A DNA stretch of 55,727 nt from Promethearchaeota archaeon (GTDB lineage: Archaea; Asgardarchaeota; Lokiarchaeia; Sigyniarchaeales; SOKP01), in NCBI GenBank assembly GCA_019058015.1, contig JAHLWH010000212.1:1-55727 (forward strand), given 5' to 3'. Of this stretch, positions 8,984-17,943 are shown piece by piece (position 1 is the stretch's first letter; each line of letters begins with the position of its first letter). The translations under genes were made by a program, and so were the position numbers. Below the pieces are notes generated by a model that was given only the letters and a program-made list of their open reading frames with translations, was not told the origin of the DNA and did not search any database.

Positions 8984-11900
8984 ATGCCTTTTGATAATAC
9001 AATTAAAAAGGTGTTAGTACTAGGCTCAGGTTCAATAAAAATTGGTCAAGCAGGTGAATTTGACTACTCTGGTTCTCAAGCATTAAAGGCACTTAAGGAG
9101 GAAGGAATTTATAGTATTTTAATAAACCCAAATATAGCGACAATTCAAACCGATCCCCAATTATCAGATAGAATATATTTACTGCCAATTAATATGCGTT
9201 ATGTTGAAAAAGTAATTAAAAAAGAAAGACCTGATGGGATTTTATTATCATTTGGCGGTCAAACAGCATTAAATATCGGTGTTGAATTAGCAGAAAAGAA
9301 AATATTGGAAAAATATAATGTAAGAGTATTGGGAACACCTGTCGAAGCAATAATTGCAACCGAAGATAGAGATTTATTTGTTAAAGCAATGGAAAAATCT
9401 GGTGTAGTTTGCCCTAAAAGTTTTGCAGTAGATAATTATCAAGATGCATTGAAAGCAGCAGAAGAATTGGGTTTTCCATTAATGATTCGAGTTGCATATA
9501 CATTAGGTGGTAGAGGATCGGGTATTGTTGAAAATCTAAAAGAATTTGAAGTGTTTGCGAAAAGAGCGTTAGCTCAATCAATGATACATCAAATTTTAGT
9601 AGAAGAATCAGTATGGGGATGGAAAGAAATCGAATTTGAAGTTGTTAGGGATGTATCTAACAATTGTATTATTAATTGTAGTATGGAAAATGTTGATCCT
9701 ATGGGGATACATACTGGAGAGAGCATTGTTGTTGCTCCCACTCAAACACTAACAAATGAAGAATATCAAATGATGAGATGTGCATCAATAAGAGTTGTTC
9801 AAAACTTGGGTATTATTGGAGAATGTAATATTCAATATGCATTAAATCCAATATCAAAAGAATTTAGAGCAATTGAAATAAATGCAAGGTTGTCTCGCTC
9901 ATCTGCACTTGCCTCAAAAGCAACAGGTTATCCTTTAGCCTATTTTGCTACTAAATTAGCACTGGGATATCTGTTAACAGAATTAAAAAATACTGTAACT
10001 GGTATTACAACGGCATGTTTTGAACCTTCGATTGATTATATAGTTTTAAAATATCCTCGATGGGATTTAGACAAATTTCAACGAGTAGACAGACACATTG
10101 GAACACAAATGAAATCAGTTGGAGAAGTAATGGCAATTGGACGAACTTTCGAAGAAGTATTACAAAAAGCAATAAGAATGTTGGATATCGATATGAAAGG
10201 AATTGTTGGTAATGACTTAGAATCAATTGATAATTATAATGATTTAAAGAATGAATTAAGGCATCCAACGGATAAAAGAATTTTCAGGGTGGTGGAAGCT
10301 ATTAAAAAAGGAATCTCCATCAATGAAATTTACCGATTATCACGAATTGATAAATGGTTTCTCCATAAAATTGAAAATATAATAAATATAGAAAGAGAAT
10401 TGAAAAGATTAAATCTTCTTAGGTCTTCAGATGAAGAAAAAGAATATCAATTAAGAAAGGCTAAACGTTTTGGGTTTTCAGATGGACAAATAGCAACAAT
10501 AATGGGGCTTGATACAATTACTATTCGACGACTTCGAAAACGATATAATATAATTCCCTATACAAATCAGATGGATACACTGGCAGCTGAATGGCCAGCA
10601 CAAACAAATTATCTTTATCTTACATATTCTGCAATGGAAGATGATATTGATTATGAAAAAGAAACCACTGAGAACCTTCAAAAAATAATTGTTTTAGGCT
10701 CAGGAACTTATAGAATCGGTTCTTCTGTAGAATTTGATTGGGGTTGCGTTAATATGGTATGGAAACTCAAGGAATTAAATGTTGATCAAGTAATAATGAT
10801 TAATTATAATCCTGAAACGGTCTCAACTGATTATGATATTTCAGATAAATTATATTTCGAAGAATTATCGGGCGAACGTGTTGTAGATATCTGCGAGAAG
10901 GAAAAAGGTTATGGTGTTGTTGTATCGGTTGGTGGCCAAATTGCAAATAATTTAGCGGTTAAATTCCAAAAATATAATGAGTTTTTTAGAAAAACTAATC
11001 TCAGATTATTAGGTACTCAAGGGATTAGTATCAATAACGCAGAAAATAGGAAAAGATTTAGCACCATACTTGACCACTTGGCAATATTACAGCCAATATG
11101 GAATAGTCTTGAGGAAAAAATTGAAGCGTTAAAATTTGCAGAAAAGATTGGATACCCCGTTTTAGTCCGACCTTCTTTTGTATTAAGTGGTGCTGCAATG
11201 AGAGTAGCACATGATCCCCAAACCTTACGGCACGTTTTAGATATCGCTTCTAAAGTATCTAAAGATAACCCAGTTGTTATCACAAAATTCTTTACCGACT
11301 CACGTGAAATTGAATGTGATGGTGTTAGCGATGGTGAGAATGTATTTATTGGCGCAATTATTGAACATATTGAGAATGCTGGGATACATAGTGGAGATGC
11401 CACAATGGCAATCCCCCCACAGACAATATCTAATGATATTATTGATAATTTAATCTCTATATCGAAAAAAATCGCTTTAGCATTAAAAATAAGGGGGCCA
11501 TTTAATATCCAATATTTATTAAAAGAAGGGAAATTATATGTTATAGAATGTAATTTGCGCTCAAGCCGTTCTATGCCTTTAGTTTCTAAAACTCGCGGAA
11601 TTAATCTTATGAAAATTGCTGCTGAAGTCATTCTTGGAAAAAAAATTGATCCAAAAATAATGAATATACCAACTGGAAATTTCGTGACCATTAAATGCCC
11701 CCAATTTTCTTTTATGCGCTTAGATGGAGCCGACCCTGTTTTGGGTGTTGAGATGGCATCAACAGGAGAAGTTGCATGTATTGGAGATGATTTTCCTGAT
11801 GCTTTAATAAAAGCATTAGAATCAACCGAATTAAAAATTCCTATTGAGAATGGTAATATTTTAATTACAGTTGGTGGCGAAAAACTTAAGAAGGATATTA

Positions 11901-12292
11901 TTCCTTTAGCTCACAAAATTAAATCTTTAGGTTTTTCAATTTATGCGACAGAACATACTTCAAAAGCTCTTGAATCCGCAGGAATAACAAACTTTAAATT
12001 ATCAAAAGTAAAAGAAATTGGAGAATTTCCGAATATCTTAACTTATATCAGAGAAGGAAAAATTAACATGGTAATAAACATCCCGACAATAGTAATGGAA
12101 GCAGAAAAACATAAAAGAATAATGGAAGATGAATATGAAATTCGTAGATTTGCAGTGGAATACAACATTCCAGTTATAATAAACCTGCAATTAGCATATG
12201 CAATATTTAATGCGATTGAACAGATTCGAGAAAGAAAAGTATCCATTAAATCATTAAATGAATACCATAATGGCGACATGCCATATTGGTAA
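8984..12292 (+). CDS. carB: Carbamoyl-phosphate synthase large subunit
   Basis: IGQAGEFDYSGSQ, NPNIATIQTD, duplicated ATP-grasp domains, NPETVSTDYD, C-terminal MGS-like domain. Confidence 0.97.
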   Translation: MPFDNTIKKVLVLGSGSIKIGQAGEFDYSGSQALKALKEEGIYSILINPNIATIQTDPQLSDRIYLLPINMRYVEKVIKKERPDGILLSFGGQTALNIGVELAEKKILEKYNVRVLGTPVEAIIATEDRDLFVKAMEKSGVVCPKSFAVDNYQDALKAAEELGFPLMIRVAYTLGGRGSGIVENLKEFEVFAKRALAQSMIHQILVEESVWGWKEIEFEVVRDVSNNCIINCSMENVDPMGIHTGESIVVAPTQTLTNEEYQMMRCASIRVVQNLGIIGECNIQYALNPISKEFRAIEINARLSRSSALASKATGYPLAYFATKLALGYLLTELKNTVTGITTACFEPSIDYIVLKYPRWDLDKFQRVDRHIGTQMKSVGEVMAIGRTFEEVLQKAIRMLDIDMKGIVGNDLESIDNYNDLKNELRHPTDKRIFRVVEAIKKGISINEIYRLSRIDKWFLHKIENIINIERELKRLNLLRSSDEEKEYQLRKAKRFGFSDGQIATIMGLDTITIRRLRKRYNIIPYTNQMDTLAAEWPAQTNYLYLTYSAMEDDIDYEKETTENLQKIIVLGSGTYRIGSSVEFDWGCVNMVWKLKELNVDQVIMINYNPETVSTDYDISDKLYFEELSGERVVDICEKEKGYGVVVSVGGQIANNLAVKFQKYNEFFRKTNLRLLGTQGISINNAENRKRFSTILDHLAILQPIWNSLEEKIEALKFAEKIGYPVLVRPSFVLSGAAMRVAHDPQTLRHVLDIASKVSKDNPVVITKFFTDSREIECDGVSDGENVFIGAIIEHIENAGIHSGDATMAIPPQTISNDIIDNLISISKKIALALKIRGPFNIQYLLKEGKLYVIECNLRSSRSMPLVSKTRGINLMKIAAEVILGKKIDPKIMNIPTGNFVTIKCPQFSFMRLDGADPVLGVEMASTGEVACIGDDFPDALIKALESTELKIPIENGNILITVGGEKLKKDIIPLAHKIKSLGFSIYATEHTSKALESAGITNFKLSKVKEIGEFPNILTYIREGKINMVINIPTIVMEAEKHKRIMEDEYEIRRFAVEYNIPVIINLQLAYAIFNAIEQIRERKVSIKSLNEYHNGDMPYW

Positions 12293-12307
12293 TAAGGAGG
12301 TTTAGTT

Positions 12308-12982
12308 ATGAAAATTATAATTTTTGCACCTCATCCCGATGATGAAGTCTTTGCAGCAGGTGGCTCAATTCTAAGATGGCTCGAAGATGAACATACCATT
12401 CACATAATTTGGTTTACTGATGGAAGAGCAGGATATAAAAAGGCAAGAGAGAAAAATGAACTTGAGGATTGTAAAGAAACTAGAATCGATGAAAATCAGC
12501 TTGCTGAAATAAGATTAGAAGAAGCAGATGCATCCGCTGAATTCTTAAGAATAAAAAAAGAAAATCGACATTTTCTAAAATTTTATGATCAAGAACTTAA
12601 AAATTATATACATGAGGCAGTAGAGCAAATAAAAGATATTGTAAAAGATGCAGATAGATTTATCATTCCAAGTGCTAATAATGAACACCCCGATCACCAA
12701 GCTACTCACGATATTGCTATTAAGGTAGCAGAAGAACTTAACCTTAAACAACTTGAATTTTATGTATTTGCAGTTCATTGTCCATTAAAAGCAGAAGGAG
12801 AGCATTTAATAAAGGTTAAGGTAGGAGAGTTAAGATTTAAGGCGTTTGAAGCCTTAAAATTACATAAATCACAATTTTATACTAAAGATCTGGGTCCTCA
12901 AAGCTCTTGGGTTAAAGGAAAACGAAGAGACCGATTTGGTTACTTTAAACTAAAAGATGTAGGTAAATTTTATAACTTTTAA
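12308..12982 (+). CDS. PIG-L/LmbE family deacetylase (copy 1)
   Basis: APHPDDE, TDG and HPDH motifs; GGAGG SD upstream. Confidence 0.9.
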   Translation: MKIIIFAPHPDDEVFAAGGSILRWLEDEHTIHIIWFTDGRAGYKKAREKNELEDCKETRIDENQLAEIRLEEADASAEFLRIKKENRHFLKFYDQELKNYIHEAVEQIKDIVKDADRFIIPSANNEHPDHQATHDIAIKVAEELNLKQLEFYVFAVHCPLKAEGEHLIKVKVGELRFKAFEALKLHKSQFYTKDLGPQSSWVKGKRRDRFGYFKLKDVGKFYNF

Positions 12983-13002
12983 TAAATAATTGAAGAGGAA
13001 TT

Positions 13003-13680
13003 TTAAAAATTGTAATATTTTCCAATATCTTCAAATTTATAATATCCGAACCGTTCTCTACGCTTTCCCTTTACCCAAAGACTGTTACGAGACATCTCTT
13101 TAGACCAAAATTGAGATTTATAAATTTGTAAACCTTCATACAATTTTTGGCGCAAATCACCCATCTTAATTTTAACCAAATGCTCGCCTTCAGCTCGTAA
13201 AGGATTGTATAAAGCATACACATAAAACTCTAGATTTTTTAAATTGAGTTTTTCAGTCGATCTTACTGCAATCTCATATGTTGCTTGATGATCTGGGTGT
13301 TCATTATTAGCACTTGGAATGACAAATCTATCGGCATCTTTTATAATCGGTTTCGCAAGTTCTACACCTTTATCAATATAGTCTTTAACACGAGAATCGG
13401 GTAATCCAAATAAATGAATTTGATTATCAGCAAAGCCAAGAAATCTTGCTGCTTCTCTTGCCTCTTTAAGTCCGATTTTTGCCACTTGTTCTTCAGTTAA
13501 ATTTTTATTTTTTTCAGTTTCAATAAAATTTCCATGCTTTTTTGCCCAAGTAATTATCGCTCTATTGTCAGAGATATAAAAAACATGAACATCATGTCCT
13601 TCTTCAATCCATTTTAATATGCTTCCTCCACAGCCAAAAATCTCATCATCTGGATGAGGGCTGAATACTATGATCTTCAT
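13003..13680 (-). CDS. PIG-L/LmbE family deacetylase (copy 2)
   Basis: SPHPDDE and HPDH motifs; close paralogue of 12308..12982. Confidence 0.9.
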   Translation of the reverse strand: MKIIVFSPHPDDEIFGCGGSILKWIEEGHDVHVFYISDNRAIITWAKKHGNFIETEKNKNLTEEQVAKIGLKEAREAARFLGFADNQIHLFGLPDSRVKDYIDKGVELAKPIIKDADRFVIPSANNEHPDHQATYEIAVRSTEKLNLKNLEFYVYALYNPLRAEGEHLVKIKMGDLRQKLYEGLQIYKSQFWSKEMSRNSLWVKGKRRERFGYYKFEDIGKYYNF

Positions 13681-13759
13681 TTAATCCTCTATTTATTATA
13701 TTTTATTTTTGGAAATTTATCGATAATTAGATATTAAGTGATAAAAACAAGAATCAAAT

Positions 13760-14734
13760 TTATTGAAGAAATCCTAGTGCTAATTTATCAATATTTGATA
13801 ATTCACTTTTTTCAAAAATTCTATGGTCTCTAAGATAATCGTTAACAAGGAGACTTTTTTCAAAAAAATCATCAAATTTCTGTTTAAAAATTTTCACAAT
13901 ATCTTTTTGTCGAGAAATATAAGAACCTAATAGAATATTTGATGGATCAAAGCTCGGTTGAATTAGCATTTCATCGTCTCTTAATGCAAAATTACTGAAA
14001 TCTTCATGTGTTATTCTCACTTCAATCTTCTGGGGTATCATCTCCTTTATATTTAAATGATCAACTAAATTTTTATATCGAATTGAATTTAAAAAAGCCT
14101 CCAATACATTTGAATTTAAAACAATGAAGATTTCAATTTGTCGAACATGTTCAGCTAAAAGTCTTAGATTTTCTTCTAATATTTCAGCTAATTCTTTCTC
14201 TATTTTTGAAAACTCACCTTTAGTGAGTTCATTTATAAATGGATTTTCATAAGCGATTCCAATTGCAATTCTCGAAACTCTGTTAGCAAAATATGGATAA
14301 TAAACCCAATTAAGATTTTTAGTATCAAAATTTAAGAATTCAATCGGTTCTCCCACTTCTTGCTCTTTCAATTCATATACTTTAAAAAATGAATTTAATG
14401 ACTCTTCAAGTGTATTTATTTTTTTATCTAAATCTTCACTTAATTCATTAATTTTTTTATTAATTATTTTCTGCCAGGCAACAATTGGATTTAATAAATT
14501 GATTTTCATTGGGCGATCGAAAATTTGTATTAAATCTAATTCATTTAGAACTGCACAGACTTTGTATCCTCTTTTTAATGTTATGCCTAAATCATCTGAA
14601 ACTCTTCTGAGATCTTCAATTTTTTTATTTTTAAGCAAAAAATCGTATATCTGTTCAATACTCTTTTCCGATTTTCCAATTAATTCAAATATTCTTCGTA
14701 TAGAATTAATTTTATCTCCTTCACGTTGCTCCAT
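13760..14734 (-). CDS. TrmB-like transcriptional regulator
   Basis: N-terminal winged-helix pattern (IYDFLL...VSDDLGITLKRGYKVCAVLNELDLI..RP), coiled coil, and a C-terminal effector-domain-like end (FALRDD...FDDFFEKS). Confidence 0.65.
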   Translation of the reverse strand: MEQREGDKINSIRRIFELIGKSEKSIEQIYDFLLKNKKIEDLRRVSDDLGITLKRGYKVCAVLNELDLIQIFDRPMKINLLNPIVAWQKIINKKINELSEDLDKKINTLEESLNSFFKVYELKEQEVGEPIEFLNFDTKNLNWVYYPYFANRVSRIAIGIAYENPFINELTKGEFSKIEKELAEILEENLRLLAEHVRQIEIFIVLNSNVLEAFLNSIRYKNLVDHLNIKEMIPQKIEVRITHEDFSNFALRDDEMLIQPSFDPSNILLGSYISRQKDIVKIFKQKFDDFFEKSLLVNDYLRDHRIFEKSELSNIDKLALGFLQ

Positions 14735-14737
14735 TTT

Positions 14738-15277
14738 TCAGAATTTACTCCTTTTTACTGCTTGTTCTAACATAAATTTACAAAGAGTTTCAAAAACATT
14801 ATCTACATTGACATTATTTTTAGATGATATTTCTATCCAACCAGCTAAATTATTTTCTTGGGCTACTTGAATTCCATACTCTCGAGGAACCGATCTTTCA
14901 TGTTTTTCTAGATCCAATTTTGAACCTACTAACATAATGGGAATTAATCCACTTCTTTGATATACAATTGATAACCAAGAATGAATGTTCTCTAAAGTAT
15001 TTAATCTAGTAATGTCATACAAAAATATAGTTGCGTTAGCTCCTAAACAATATGTTGGCAAAAGGAATCGAAATCGCTGTTCGCCTCCAAGGTCCCATAT
15101 TTGCAGTTTGACTTTTTTGTCTAAGACTTCAACAGTTTTTATATAAAAATCCACTCCGATAGTCAGCTTCTCATCTGGGTTAAAAATGCCTTGGACATAT
15201 CGTCTCGTCAAACTCGTCTTTCCTACTGACGCTTCCCCCAACATAAGCACTTTAAAGGTATAATCGAAACTAGGCAT
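14738..15277 (-). CDS. Rab-like small GTPase
   Basis: G1 GEASVGKT, TIGVDF, KLQIWDLGG, RFRFL, G4 SKLD, G5 SSK; no C-terminal Cys prenylation motif. Confidence 0.92.
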   Translation of the reverse strand: MPSFDYTFKVLMLGEASVGKTSLTRRYVQGIFNPDEKLTIGVDFYIKTVEVLDKKVKLQIWDLGGEQRFRFLLPTYCLGANATIFLYDITRLNTLENIHSWLSIVYQRSGLIPIMLVGSKLDLEKHERSVPREYGIQVAQENNLAGWIEISSKNNVNVDNVFETLCKFMLEQAVKRSKF

Positions 15278-15372
15278 ATTATATCAAATTAGTTTAATTG
15301 TATCGCTATGTTATATATTAACTTAAGATTTAATAAATCTTTATAGATTTAAAATTCTCATAATTTAAGGAA

Positions 15373-15933
15373 TTATACATTGAAATAATTAGAAATTAAT
15401 CGTTGAATGGTTTTTTTTATTACAAGGTTATTTTCTCTAGAATTCCTCTCCATAAGACGTATGAGAATATCGTTTTTTAAAATATGATTTAAATTTATAA
15501 TACCATCTTTAAGAAACATTTTTAATGTTTTACAGACTGCAAAACGAACAGATGGATCATCATCATCTATTAATTTTATCACTTCTGGTAAATAGGATTG
15601 TAATTTTAATTCTCCAATTTTTTCTACTGCCACAGCACGTCTAACGAAATCTGGGTCTTTTAATTGAAACAGGAACAATAAATTATTATTTTTATTTAAT
15701 TTTTTAAGTAATCTAAGAAGTACCTCACTTTGATTATCATCATAGTCATAGTTTTCTATTAAATATTTCTCTAAATATGGTTCAACTAACTCCTTTCCTA
15801 ACTTTATAAGACTTTTATAAGCGATATTTTTATCAACATCACTCGAATTTGAATTAAGAACATCTAATAACTTTATAATACTTTTAAGCCCAATATCTTC
15901 GATTCTTATATCTTCCCATTTAATCCTATTCAA
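15373..15933 (-). CDS. HEAT-repeat protein
   Basis: LKDPDFVRRAVAVEKIGEL and LIDDDDPSVRFAVCKTL repeats. Confidence 0.75.
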   Translation of the reverse strand: MNRIKWEDIRIEDIGLKSIIKLLDVLNSNSSDVDKNIAYKSLIKLGKELVEPYLEKYLIENYDYDDNQSEVLLRLLKKLNKNNNLLFLFQLKDPDFVRRAVAVEKIGELKLQSYLPEVIKLIDDDDPSVRFAVCKTLKMFLKDGIINLNHILKNDILIRLMERNSRENNLVIKKTIQRLISNYFNV

Positions 15934-16274
15934 CTTCTAAATATACACCAATATTAAATTTTTTTGTCAAATAAAATTTGTAAAATCATTTTTCTTTCAA
16001 TTTTTGTCAAATTCTCACTAAACTCTCTAAAAATTTCTATTTTTTTCCAAGCATCTTATTTTTATTTCTCTTAAAAAAGTATTATTTCTATTATTTATAT
16101 AATTTAATTATTAAATTAAAAATAAGCGACGTATTTATGGTTGATAATTTAGGAGATTAATATAAACCAGTAGTTATGATTAAATTTAGAAAAATATTTT
16201 CAATACCGACAAAATTATTTTATAGCTCTTTCTAGAATTTTAATTACATAATTTCAAATATGCAATTAAAAAAG

Positions 16275-16679
16275 TTATTCACCTTGCAATTGTATATGGA
16301 GTTTTCTATTACGGGGGCCGTCAAATTCCGAAAACATAATTCCTTGCCACGTCCCTAATACTAATCTTTTATTGTTAATTAAGATCTCTAAAGAAGGACC
16401 AACCAGTGTAGATTTGATATGAGCATCAGAATTTCCCTCCATATGTCTAAATCTGGCATTTTGAGGAATTAATTTTCCTAAGAAATTTACTATATCTTTT
16501 TTAACGGAAGGGTCAGCATTTTCATTAATGGTTATTGCCGCTGTTGTATGTGGAACAAATAATCGACAAACACCATTTTGTATATTAGATTCTGATACAA
16601 TTTTATTTATATATCTTGTAATATCCATTAAAATCTCACGTTGAGGGGTATTTATATTAATTGTTTTTAGTTCAATCAT
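16275..16679 (-). CDS. yjbQ: YjbQ/UPF0047 family protein
   Basis: FVPHTTAAITINENADP, HMEGNSDAHIKS, LGTWQGI, EFDGPR. Confidence 0.93.
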   Translation of the reverse strand: MIELKTININTPQREILMDITRYINKIVSESNIQNGVCRLFVPHTTAAITINENADPSVKKDIVNFLGKLIPQNARFRHMEGNSDAHIKSTLVGPSLEILINNKRLVLGTWQGIMFSEFDGPRNRKLHIQLQGE

Positions 16680-16856
16680 TTAATTTTTACACCAATTCTA
16701 TATTATATTGAATGAATTTAAAAATTTAATTTTTTGAATTCAAAAACAATCATTACTTCCTTTGTATGAAGATTTTTGATGAAAACTTGAAGGAGATTTA
16801 TTTTCAATTATATCTTGAAATAAAATTAGGTAGAAATGGTTTTAAAAAAAGAAAAT

Positions 16857-17942
16857 TTATTTTTGGTTTAAATATTCATTCATTTCTATAGTAGAACTGG
16901 TTCGAATTAAAGATGCTTTAAAAAATTGGAAGCCAATATCATAATAGGAGCCATCTCCTCCGATATTAATAACATATGGAATATCTCCGTCAAATAATCC
17001 TTTAGTTTTTCTAATTTTATATGCAACTGAAATAGCTTCGGCAACAGTTGCACCAGATTCAAATAAATGATGAACCCATGGAACATTCCAAGAACTGACA
17101 TTATCCTTAGAAGTGGAAACCTCACTACAGCTCGTATTATTTACATAAACTATATTCTTACCTGCTACTTGGGTTGCTGCTGTAGCTAACTGGTTCAATA
17201 CCATTCCTGCTCCACACCCTGGGCATAACCCATGACCTGGTTGTAGATGCGTTTGTGGTTCTAACTTTTTTTGATTCAATTTATATAGATCACTCGGTTT
17301 TTCCGCTCCCATAACTTCAATTAAATTTCTTAATCTTTTATTACGTAATTCAGTAAAGTAAATTATTTGATCAATTTCCTTCTCTCGCATAGTTGGTCTA
17401 AAAAGATGCTTAAATTTGCCCATTGACTTCAAATATTCTATAAATATCACCCTATCAACATCCAACCCACGATAATATGAAAATTTGGGCAGACCATTTT
17501 TTACTCTAATTGTATAAAGAGGCCAATATCCACTGTCTGTTGCCATTTTTGCAACTTTTATTGCATCTCCTGCGGCATGTCGCCATCCTCTCATGCAATC
17601 AGAATAAGCTTGGATAAACGAGCCTCCATCTGTTTTTAATGCCTCAATTGTTTTTCCCATAAAATCATTAGGATATGCTGGATTTACAGTTGCTAAAAAT
17701 ATAGAATTACCTCCAAAAAATGCCATTGGAGTAACCAAATCTTGCTTGACTCCTATTTTTCCAGGGATTTTCTCTCCAGCTGGTCCTGTGGTTGTGGAAG
17801 CAAACGGTGGTGTAGCTCCGCTTTCTTGAATCCCTGTATTCATAAAGGCTTCATTATCATAATTAAAGAATAATACATTGCATTTCTCCTTTTTTGCAAG
17901 TAAATCTTCAATTTTAATAATATTTCTTTCTATTTTTTTCAT
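16857..17942 (-). CDS. porB: Pyruvate/2-oxoacid:ferredoxin oxidoreductase beta subunit, circularly permuted
   Basis: YDNEAFMNTGIQ...TP...TTT and DCMRGW...GYWPLY lie in the N-terminal half. PGHGLCPGCG, TSC, VPWVH and GGDG..YDIG lie in the C-terminal half, the reverse of the canonical order. Confidence 0.9.
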   Translation of the reverse strand: MKKIERNIIKIEDLLAKKEKCNVLFFNYDNEAFMNTGIQESGATPPFASTTTGPAGEKIPGKIGVKQDLVTPMAFFGGNSIFLATVNPAYPNDFMGKTIEALKTDGGSFIQAYSDCMRGWRHAAGDAIKVAKMATDSGYWPLYTIRVKNGLPKFSYYRGLDVDRVIFIEYLKSMGKFKHLFRPTMREKEIDQIIYFTELRNKRLRNLIEVMGAEKPSDLYKLNQKKLEPQTHLQPGHGLCPGCGAGMVLNQLATAATQVAGKNIVYVNNTSCSEVSTSKDNVSSWNVPWVHHLFESGATVAEAISVAYKIRKTKGLFDGDIPYVINIGGDGSYYDIGFQFFKASLIRTSSTIEMNEYLNQK

Positions 17943-17943
17943 A

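Noticed and set aside
11017-11691. 224-aa antisense ORF, and the other antisense/nested ORFs within glnA, guaA, carA, porB, the glycerate kinase gene and others
   Set aside because: They are shadows of well-supported genes, with no recognisable motifs.
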